A stretch of 64,000 nt of DNA from Limisphaerales bacterium. GTDB lineage: Bacteria; Verrucomicrobiota; Verrucomicrobiia; Limisphaerales; JAEYXS01. A program made the translations under genes and the position numbers. The stretch spans positions 975,730 through 1,039,729 of the forward strand of contig CBDIPT010000001.1 in assembly GCA_965283725.1 (NCBI GenBank). Direction: 5' to 3'. Positions 56,258 to 64,000 of the stretch are shown here, in pieces. The notes under the pieces are model-generated. The model searched no databases, was not told the origin of the DNA, and saw only the letters and a list, made by a program, of their open reading frames with translations. Position 1 is the stretch's first letter. Every line of letters starts with the position of its first letter.

Positions 56258-59200
56258 ATGCACATGATAGCGAACAGACAGGCGAAGTGGCTGGCTTTCT
56301 TAGGAAGCCTGAGTCTGTGTTTATGGGGCGCATGGGGGGCGTCGCCCGAAGGGAAGGTGGACTATGCCAAGGATGTTTTGCCCATATTATCAGACAAATG
56401 TTTTCACTGTCACGGGCCTGCCGAAGAGGGGCGCAAAGCCAAACTGCGACTGGATACGCAAGAGGGGGCGTTTCGGGTAAATAAAGACGGCGTGGCGAAC
56501 ATCGTCAAAGGCCAGCCAGACAAGAGCGAACTTGTGGTGCGGGTGCTGAGCAAAGATGAGAATGAAGTGATGCCACCCCCGGATTCGCATCGCAGCCTGA
56601 CGGAAGGGCAGAAACAAACGCTGAAACGCTGGGTGGAGCAGGGTGCGCCTTGGGGCAAGCATTGGGCGTTCGCGGAAATTGCCCGCGTGACGCCACCAAA
56701 AGTGAAGAACACCCGCGCGGTGAGGAACCCGATTGACCAATTCATCCTCGCCCGGATGGAGCAGGAAAAGCTCAAGCCTTCAGCCGAGGCGACCAAGGAG
56801 CAGTTGATCCGGCGGGCAGCGTTTGACCTGACCGGGCTGCCGCCAACGCTGGAAGAGATTGATGCCTTCCTGAAGGACAAGTCGGCGAATGCTTACGAGA
56901 AGGTGATCGACCGTCTGCTGCAATCGCCGGCTTACGGTGAGCAGATGGCGCGTGAGTGGCTCGATTTGGCGCGGTATGCGGACACGTTCGGTTATCAAGC
57001 GGACGTGGATATGAACATGTATCCGTGGCGCGATTGGGTCATCAAGGCGTTCAACGAGAACCTGCCTTACGACCAGTTCATCACGTGGCAGCTCGCAGGT
57101 GATCTGTTGCCTAATGCGACGCGGGATCAGAAGCTGGCGACGGCGTTCAACCGGTTGCACCGGCAGACGAATGAAGGCGGAAGTATCGACGAAGAGTTCC
57201 GCAATGAATATGTGTCTGACCGTGTGCATACGGTGGGCACCGCGTTCTTGAGCCTCACCTTGGAATGCGCCCGCTGCCACGATCACAAATACGATCCCAT
57301 CACGCAGAAGGATTATTATTCTTTAGGTGCGTTCTTCAACAGCATCGATGAGTCGGGGCTCTACTCGCATTTCACGCGCGCGACGCCGACCCCAGCTTTG
57401 AACCTCTATAAGGGTGATCAAGAGGAGAAACACAATGCCTTGAAGGCACAAATTGAGACGAAACAGGCTGAATGGAAGCAGATCGCCAGCGGCGCAACTA
57501 CGCGCTTTGAAGCGTGGAAAAACCCGAGTGCTGCGATCGCCGCACCCAAACCAGTCGCGAGCTATGCCTTTGAGGATATCAAAGGCAACAAGACCCCCAA
57601 CGCACAGGGAACAAATGCGGCAGTGTTGGTAGAATCACCCAAGAGCGTGGCCGGGCAGTCCGGGCAGGCTCTCCAATTCAGTGGGGATAATGAAGTGGAA
57701 TGCCGCGGTGCCGGAGAGTTCAAACGCACGGATGCTTTCTCGTTCACGCTCTGGCTGAAGCCGACGGAAAAGCAAGCGCGTGCCGTGGTGTTTCATCGGT
57801 CAAGAGCATGGAGTGATTCCGGCAGCCGTGGATATGAATTGGTTTTGGAGGATGGTAAACCATTCTTCGGTCTCATCCATTTCTGGCCGGGCAATGCGAT
57901 CGCCATCCGGGCGAAAGATGCCTTGCCGTTGAATGAGTGGTCTCACTTGACGGTGACCTATGACGGCTCCAGCAAAGCTGCCGGGCTTGCGCTTTACTTG
58001 AACGGCAAGAAACAATCCGTGGAGATGGTGAGGGACAATCTCTACCGGGATATCATCCACCGTGCCGAGTGGGGTGACGCTGATGCGGGTAACATCCACC
58101 TGACCTTGGCCGGGCGCTTTCGTGATAATGGTTTCAAAGGTGGGTTGATCGATGAATTTGCCGTTTATGATGCGGCACTGACGGAACTGGAAGTTGCGAG
58201 CCTTACCGGTTTGGGCGGCAATCAGGTGGTGGGGGATGACAAGCTGTTGGCCTATTATCTCCAGCGAGTGGATACGGAAGCCAAGAAAGCTGCGGCGGAG
58301 TTGAAAAAGGTCCGTGAAGAAGAGAATGCGCTGGTGAATGGCGTGCAGGAAATCATGGTGATGCAGGACATGGGCAAGCAACGGCAGGCCTTCCTGTTGA
58401 AGCGGGGTAATTACGATGCGCCTGGTGAACCGGTTTCACCGAACACACCGGAAGGAATTTTGCCGTTTGCCAAAGACTACCCACGGACTCGGCTAGGACT
58501 GGCAAAGTGGATGACGGATCCGCGGAATCCGCTGACGGCGCGTGTGGCGGTGAACCGCATCTGGAAGCTGCACTTTGGGCGAGGCTTGGTGGCGACAGTG
58601 GAAGACTTCGGTGCGCAAAGCCAAAGGCCGACGCATCCGGAATTGCTGGATTGGTTGGCAGATCACTACATCAAGTCTGGGTGGGATCGGAAAGCGTTGC
58701 ACAAGCTCATCCTGATGTCGGCGACGTATCGCCAGACTTCTGTGCCGACCAAGGAGCAATTGGCGAAAGACCCTGAGAATCTGTTGCTGGCGCGTGGCCC
58801 GAGACATCGTTTGGCGGCAGAGCAGATCCGTGATGAGGCGTTGGCAGTGAGCGGCCTGTTGAACCCGATCATCGGGGGGCAAAGTGTGAAGCCGTATCAA
58901 CCGGCAGGGCTGTGGGAGGAATCCGGCACAGGCAAAACCTACGTGCAGGATAAGGGGGATAAGTTGTATCGCCGCAGTCTCTACACCTTCTGGCGTCGCA
59001 CCTCGCCGCCGCCATCCATGGTGAGCTTTGATGCAACTTCACGGGAGATCTGCACGGCCAAACGCGAGATCACCTCCACGCCGTTGCAAGCCTTGGTGTT
59101 GCTCAACGATCCGCAATTCGTGGAGGCTTCGCGTGTGTTGGCGGAGAAGTTGGTGAAAGCGGAATCGAAAGCGGTGGATCAACGCATCCGCACCAGCTTT

Positions 59201-59425
59201 CGATTGCTCACCGGTCGTACACCAGACAAAGATGAGGTGAAGATTTTGCAGAGCCTCTATGCCGAACAGAAGGCGCGGTTCGCCAAGAATAACGAGGCGG
59301 CGCAGAAATTGATCAAGACGGGAGAGACAAAACCGGATGCGACATTGGAGACCGCCGATGTCGCGGCGACGACAATCTTGGTGAGCGCAGTGATGAACTT
59401 TGACGAATTTGTGATGAAGCGATGA
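56258..59425 (+). CDS. PSCyt1 (planctomycete cytochrome c) + DUF1549 + LamG-like + DUF1553 protein
   Basis: A signal peptide is followed by the heme motif CFHCHGP. The DUF1549 region (NPIDQFILARME..., RRAAFDLTGLPPT), the block CARCHDHKYDP, a central ConA/LamG-like segment (FSFTLWLKP...NEWSHLTVTYDG) and the DUF1553 C-terminus are present. Confidence 0.9.
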   Translation: MHMIANRQAKWLAFLGSLSLCLWGAWGASPEGKVDYAKDVLPILSDKCFHCHGPAEEGRKAKLRLDTQEGAFRVNKDGVANIVKGQPDKSELVVRVLSKDENEVMPPPDSHRSLTEGQKQTLKRWVEQGAPWGKHWAFAEIARVTPPKVKNTRAVRNPIDQFILARMEQEKLKPSAEATKEQLIRRAAFDLTGLPPTLEEIDAFLKDKSANAYEKVIDRLLQSPAYGEQMAREWLDLARYADTFGYQADVDMNMYPWRDWVIKAFNENLPYDQFITWQLAGDLLPNATRDQKLATAFNRLHRQTNEGGSIDEEFRNEYVSDRVHTVGTAFLSLTLECARCHDHKYDPITQKDYYSLGAFFNSIDESGLYSHFTRATPTPALNLYKGDQEEKHNALKAQIETKQAEWKQIASGATTRFEAWKNPSAAIAAPKPVASYAFEDIKGNKTPNAQGTNAAVLVESPKSVAGQSGQALQFSGDNEVECRGAGEFKRTDAFSFTLWLKPTEKQARAVVFHRSRAWSDSGSRGYELVLEDGKPFFGLIHFWPGNAIAIRAKDALPLNEWSHLTVTYDGSSKAAGLALYLNGKKQSVEMVRDNLYRDIIHRAEWGDADAGNIHLTLAGRFRDNGFKGGLIDEFAVYDAALTELEVASLTGLGGNQVVGDDKLLAYYLQRVDTEAKKAAAELKKVREEENALVNGVQEIMVMQDMGKQRQAFLLKRGNYDAPGEPVSPNTPEGILPFAKDYPRTRLGLAKWMTDPRNPLTARVAVNRIWKLHFGRGLVATVEDFGAQSQRPTHPELLDWLADHYIKSGWDRKALHKLILMSATYRQTSVPTKEQLAKDPENLLLARGPRHRLAAEQIRDEALAVSGLLNPIIGGQSVKPYQPAGLWEESGTGKTYVQDKGDKLYRRSLYTFWRRTSPPPSMVSFDATSREICTAKREITSTPLQALVLLNDPQFVEASRVLAEKLVKAESKAVDQRIRTSFRLLTGRTPDKDEVKILQSLYAEQKARFAKNNEAAQKLIKTGETKPDATLETADVAATTILVSAVMNFDEFVMKR

Positions 59426-60113
59426 GATGCGCGGTATTCAGTGACATCCACGGTAATCTGCCAGCATTGCAGGCGGTGTTGAGAGACGCCGAAGGCAATG
59501 GCTGTAACGGATATTTCTGCGCGGGCGACATCGTGGGCGAGTATGGCCAATCAGAGGAATGTGTGGAGATGGTGAGGTCGATCGGGGCGGTTTGCGTGAG
59601 AGGGAACCAAGATGAGTATTGTGCCTCTGGGATGGCGTTGGATGGCTTCAACGAGAAAGCGAGAGAGCGGATAGAGGCAACAGGGAAGCTTTGAGTGAAG
59701 AAGCGAAAGAATGGCTGATTAGGCTTTCGCTCGTGGTGGTTGGGGATGGGTTTACTTTGGTGCATGCGACGCTAAATCATCCAGAACGGTGGGAATATGT
59801 GTTCGATAAAAATGCAGCAGCCGCTTCATTCACGGAACAGAAAACATCGGTCTGCTTTAATGGGCATACGCATGTGCCGGTTTGCTTTGAGAAAGGTCTA
59901 GCTGTTCGCGGAGGGACTTACACCCTAGTGAGCTTCCAACTTGGGGCGCAGTATCTGCTTAACGTGGGTAGTGTGGGGCAACCGCGAGATGGGATAGTCA
60001 AATCTAGCTACGTCATCTACGACCTAGAGAAGAAAACGGCGGAGTTGCGCCGGATCGATTTCATGATGCCGGGTGGCGGTGCGGCAGCCGCCCCGGTGGT
60101 TCATCCGGGATGA
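59422..60113 (+). pseudogene. Calcineurin-like metallophosphoesterase (YfcE/MPP family), disrupted by 1-nt deletion
   Basis: ORF 59422..59694 (MRCAVFSDIHGNLPALQAVL...GDIVGEYG...RGNQDEY) and ORF 59619..60113 (...REALSEEAKEWL...FTLVHATL...FNGHTHVP) are in different frames. A missing base near 59680-59686 restores ...IEATREALSEE.... ATGA overlaps occur at both gene junctions. Confidence 0.8.
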
Positions 60114-61591
60114 AAGAATTTGTTATGAGTACACCACTTTGCACGGGACCGTTGGATGCGCTGGGCTTGAGCCGTCGCCAGTTCCTGAACCGATTTGGTC
60201 TGGGGCTCGGCGGTATCGCGCTCGCAAATCTGGTGAATCCGCTGAGTTCAGCGGGTGCCGTGGCACAAGCAGCGGATAGGGGCATCCTGAACGGGCAGTT
60301 GCATTTTCCAGCGAAGGCGAAGCGGGTGATCTATCTCTTCATGAGCGGCGGGCCATCGCAGCTCAGAACGTTTGATTACAAGCCGTTGCTCAATGAACGC
60401 AATGGCGAGCAGTTGCCAGATTCCGTGCGTAAAGGACAACGGCTTACCGGCATGTCGGGGAATCAGGCTTCATTGCCTTTGGCGGGCTCCATCTACAAGT
60501 TCAACCAATACGGAAAGAGCGGGGCTTGGGTGAGCGAGTTACTGCCGCACACCGCCAAGATGGTGGATGACATGTGCATCGTGCGCTCGATGTTCACGGA
60601 AGCCATCAATCACGATCCGGCGATCACGTTTTTGCAGACGGGTTCGCAATTATCCGGGCGACCAAGCATCGGGGCGTGGCTGCATTATGGCTTGGGCAGT
60701 GATAATGAGAATCTGCCGTCGTTCGTGGTGCTCATCACGAAGGGCAAGACGGATCAGCCGCTTTACTCGCGCTTGTGGGGTAGCGGTTTCCTACCGTCTC
60801 GGCATCAAGGCGTGCAATTCCGTTCGGGCAAAGATCCGGTGCTTTACCTGAACAATCCTGAGGGGATCGACAGCGATGGACGTCGTATGATGTTGGATCG
60901 TCTGCGCGAGTTGCACGAGCACAGCGCGGCGAAAGCGAACGATGCGGAGATCGATACGCGCATCGCGCAATACGAGATGGCGTATCGCATGCAGACGAGC
61001 GTGCCGGATGTGATGGATCTCTCGAAAGAATCGCAGGTCACGCTGGATATGTATGGGCCAGATGCGAAGAAGCCGGGCACGTTCGCAGCGAATTGTTTGC
61101 AGGCGCGTAGGCTCGCTGAACGCGGAGTGAAGTTTATCCAGCTTTATCATCAAGGCTGGGATCAACACGGTGGATTGCCGGGGGGCATCAAACGGCAGTG
61201 CCAGGAGACGGATCAACCGGCAGCGGCATTGTTGCAAGATTTGAAACAACGCGGCTTACTTGAAGATACGCTGGTGGTTTGGGGCGGAGAGTTCGGTCGC
61301 ACGAATTATTCGCAAGGTAAGCTGACGCCGACGAATTACGGGCGAGATCATCATCCGCGCTGCTTCAGCATCTGGATGGCGGGCGGGGGAGCCAAGCCGG
61401 GCATGGTCTATGGGGCGACTGATGAGTTCGGTTACAACATCGCGAACAACGGTGTTCATGTGCATGACTTCCACGCGACGATGCTGCATTTGCTCGGCAT
61501 TGATCACGAGCGATTGACCTTCAAATATCAGGGCCGTTACTTCCGGCTTACCGATGTGCATGGGCATGTGGTGAAGGATATTCTGACTTGA
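60110..61591 (+). CDS. DUF1501 (sulfatase-fold) protein with TAT signal
   Basis: The TAT signal is [22 protein letters not shown]. The blocks [20 protein letters not shown] and [17 protein letters not shown] are typical DUF1501 blocks. Confidence 0.9.
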   Translation: MKEFVMSTPLCTGPLDALGLSRRQFLNRFGLGLGGIALANLVNPLSSAGAVAQAADRGILNGQLHFPAKAKRVIYLFMSGGPSQLRTFDYKPLLNERNGEQLPDSVRKGQRLTGMSGNQASLPLAGSIYKFNQYGKSGAWVSELLPHTAKMVDDMCIVRSMFTEAINHDPAITFLQTGSQLSGRPSIGAWLHYGLGSDNENLPSFVVLITKGKTDQPLYSRLWGSGFLPSRHQGVQFRSGKDPVLYLNNPEGIDSDGRRMMLDRLRELHEHSAAKANDAEIDTRIAQYEMAYRMQTSVPDVMDLSKESQVTLDMYGPDAKKPGTFAANCLQARRLAERGVKFIQLYHQGWDQHGGLPGGIKRQCQETDQPAAALLQDLKQRGLLEDTLVVWGGEFGRTNYSQGKLTPTNYGRDHHPRCFSIWMAGGGAKPGMVYGATDEFGYNIANNGVHVHDFHATMLHLLGIDHERLTFKYQGRYFRLTDVHGHVVKDILT

Positions 61592-61643
61592 GGCTGTTTT
61601 TATCGGGATGGCATTCACGCGCGAATGCTGCTTATCTGTGGTT

Positions 61644-62432
61644 ATGGGCAAACGGTTAAAAGGAAAAATCATCGCCATCATCGGGGGCACCACCGGTATC
61701 GGATTCGCAGCGGCGGAATCATTGCTGGCGGAGGGGGCTAAAATCGTGGTGGTAGGCGTTGACCGTTCTACTTCGCAGAAGGCGCAGAAGAGCTTTGGCA
61801 AAGCGGCCAAGGTGTTGACGGCCGATGCCACCAACCCTGAGACAGCGGTAAAAGCCATCAAAGCGGCTCTGAAGACCTTCGGTGGTTTTCATGGACTCTA
61901 TCACGTGGCGGGCGGTAGTGGTCGGCGCATGGGTGATGGTCCGTTGCACGAATGCACAGACACGGGCTGGGTCTATACCATGGGACTGAATCTGGATTCG
62001 GTCTTTTATTCCAATCGCGCGGCGGTGCAGCAGTTTCTTAAGCAAGGTTCGGGCGGAGTGGTGTTGAATCTATCGTCGGTATTGGCGTGGGCACCGTCAC
62101 CAAAGTTTTTCAGCACGCATGCGTATGCGACGGCGAAGGCGGGGATTGTCGGGCTGACTCGTGCCTCGGCGGCGTATTACGCGGCGCAGAATATCCGGTT
62201 CAACGTGCTCGCACCGGGCTTGGTGGCGACGCCGATGTCGGAACGTGCACAGACGAACGAGGCCATCATGCAGTTCATCAAGACGAAGCAGCCGCTGGAT
62301 GGCGGGCGCATCGGCCGGCCAGAAGACTTAAGTGCGGCGGCGGTGTTCCTGCTTTCGGATGAAGCGAAGTTTATTACCGGGCAAGTGCTCGCTGTGGATG
62401 GGGGATGGGAAGTGGCAGAGGGACAGGGGTAG
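61644..62432 (+). CDS. Short-chain dehydrogenase/reductase (SDR)
   Basis: ORF 61608..62432. The ATG at 61644 gives MGKRLKGKIIAIIGGTTGIGFA, a typical SDR N-terminus; 61608 is an alternative ATG. The catalytic motif YATAKAG is present, and the protein ends LAVDGGW. Confidence 0.85.
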   Translation: MGKRLKGKIIAIIGGTTGIGFAAAESLLAEGAKIVVVGVDRSTSQKAQKSFGKAAKVLTADATNPETAVKAIKAALKTFGGFHGLYHVAGGSGRRMGDGPLHECTDTGWVYTMGLNLDSVFYSNRAAVQQFLKQGSGGVVLNLSSVLAWAPSPKFFSTHAYATAKAGIVGLTRASAAYYAAQNIRFNVLAPGLVATPMSERAQTNEAIMQFIKTKQPLDGGRIGRPEDLSAAAVFLLSDEAKFITGQVLAVDGGWEVAEGQG

Positions 62433-62531
62433 GCAACGAAGTAAGTGCGCTGCGGCGGACGCTCCAGAACTGCCGCTGGAAACCGGCAGCACAGGGTGGT
62501 GTGCTACGTCGTTCCAAATCATTTAAAAGTA

Positions 62532-62559
62532 AAACGCCGGACATGTCTGTCCGGCGTTT
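62532..62559. terminator. Bidirectional Rho-independent terminator
   Basis: AAACGCCGGAC-ATGTCT-GTCCGGCGTTT is flanked by T-rich tracts on both strands (TCGCTTTT on plus, TTTTACTTTTAAA on minus). It lies between the convergent SDR gene and gcvP. Confidence 0.75.
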
Positions 62560-62585
62560 CGCTTTTATGAATCTATCGTGAAAGC

Positions 62586-64000
62586 TTACTGATAAGCCTC
62601 CATGCCCACGCATGTGCAGACCGGGTTACGATCGCCGAATACGTTATCGATGCGACCAACGGCGGGCCAGAACTTGTGGTCCTTCAACCACGGGCGAGGG
62701 AAGGCCGCTTGCTCACGGGAGTAAGGACGATTCCACGCATCGCTGGCGATGGTGTCCGCCGTGTGCGGAGCGTTCTTGAGCGGGTTATTCGCCTTGTCGA
62801 GCGCGCCGATTTCCACGGCTTGGATCTCGGCGTGAATGGCGAGCATGGCGTCGCAGAAGCGGTCCAGCTCGGCTTGGGATTCGCTCTCGGTCGGCTCGAC
62901 CATCAACGTGCCCGCCACGGGCCAGCTCAACGTCGGCGCGTGGAAACCGTAATCCATTAGGCGCTTGGCAACATCCTCGGCGGTGACCGCCTTGAACTGG
63001 CGCAGGTCAGGATGCACTCGTGCGCGACGAGGCCGCTCTTGCCCTTATAGAGGATCGGGAAGTGCTCTTGCAGACGCTTGGCGATGTAGTTCGCGTTTAG
63101 GATGGCGAACTTCGTCGCATCCGTCACGCCAGCCGGTCCCATCAAACGGATGTAAACCCACGAGATCGTCAGGATGCTCGCACTGCCCCAAGGCGCAGCG
63201 GAAATCGCGCCGAGCTTGTGCTGGCCTTCGAGCGAAACTACCGGATGACCCGGCAGGAACGGCGTGAGGTGCTTCGCCACACCGATCGGGCCCATGCCCG
63301 GACCGCCGCCGCCATGCGGGATGCAAAAGGTCTTGTGCAGGTTCAGATGGCAGACGTCCGCGCCGATGTCACCCGGACGGCACAGGCCGACTTGGGCGTT
63401 CATGTTCGCGCCATCCATGTAAACCTGACCGCCGAAATTGTGGATGATCTGGCAGATGTCCTTGATGCTTTCCTCGAACACGCCGTGCGTGGACGGATAC
63501 GTGATCATCAAGCACGAGAGCGTGTCCTTATATTGCTCCGCCTTCGTGCGCAGGTCAGCGACGTCGATGTTGCCTTCCTTGTCGCAGGCGACAGGGATCA
63601 CTTTCAGACCGGCCATCACGGCACTGGCGGGATTCGTGCCGTGCGCGGAAGTCGGGATGAGGCAGATATCGCGGTTCACCTGGCCCTTGCTCTGATGATA
63701 TGCATGGATGGCCATGAGGCCCGCGTATTCACCGGCGGAACCGGCGTTTGGTTGCAGCGAGATCGCGTCGAACCCGGTGATCTCCGCGAGCCATTGCTCC
63801 AACTGCTTGAACATCGTGAGATAACCCTGCGTCTGACTCAGCGGCGCGAAGGGATGCAATTTGCCGAACTCCGGCCAGCTCACGGGGAACATCTCCACCG
63901 TCGCGTTCAGCTTCATCGTGCAGGAGCCGAGCGGGATCATGGAATGCGTGAGCGAGAGATCGCGCGATTCCAGCTTGCGCAAGTAGCGCAGCATCTCCGT
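62586..64000 (-). pseudogene. gcvP: Glycine dehydrogenase (decarboxylating) GcvP, C-terminal part; truncated by window edge and disrupted by 1-nt deletion
   Basis: The blocks [30 protein letters not shown] and [24 protein letters not shown] carry the PLP Lys and resemble single-chain E. coli GcvP. ORFs 62957..63994 and 62586..63017 are in different frames. A missing base near 63008 restores [24 protein letters not shown]. The N-terminus lies beyond 64000. Confidence 0.9.

Overview
This 64-kb chromosomal window carries about 52 protein genes. I found no rRNA, tRNA, CRISPR array, transposase or integrase. The gene content points to a PVC-superphylum bacterium, most likely Verrucomicrobiota: a PSCyt/DUF1549-DUF1553 plus DUF1501 pair, a TAT-signal Gfo/Idh/MocA oxidoreductase, REC-DUF4388 regulators, and REP-like hairpins that read as RGEGRGEE or RQAASLRYE.

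Layout:
- 1-29.6 kb: a large glycan-biosynthesis locus. A 16-gene minus-strand operon runs GbsR-like regulator, Wzm/Wzt ABC exporter, sugar C-methyltransferase, Fcl-like and RfbE-like SDRs, RmlC, eight glycosyltransferases, then MBOAT plus an SGNH partner. It diverges from a plus-strand operon: Wza-like exporter, Wzc-like tyrosine kinase, GT2, GT4, O-antigen-ligase/Wzy-like protein, membrane GT2, an unknown His-rich protein and GT4. A convergent GT-C enzyme preceded by a small secreted repeat protein closes the locus.
- 30.2-34.3 kb: three tandem CNNM/CorC-type genes plus a lipoprotein.
- 34.3-36.5 kb: a TviC/TviB-like UDP-sugar epimerase and dehydrogenase pair.
- 36.9-40.9 kb: dnaK-groES-groEL, preceded by a textbook sigma-54 promoter.
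- 41-47 kb: glpF, an oxidoreductase, hscB-iscA and a conserved unknown protein.
- 47.3-50.9 kb: a HEAT-repeat protein, a REC-DUF4388 regulator and a Roadblock-like protein.
- 52.4-54.9 kb: a divergent membrane pyrophosphatase behind a terminator-containing leader.
- 56.3-61.6 kb: a PSCyt, metallophosphoesterase and DUF1501 operon.
- Window end: gcvP, truncated by the window edge.

Six genes are broken by single-nucleotide indels, probably consensus errors.

All family calls come from motif recognition by eye. No searches were run.
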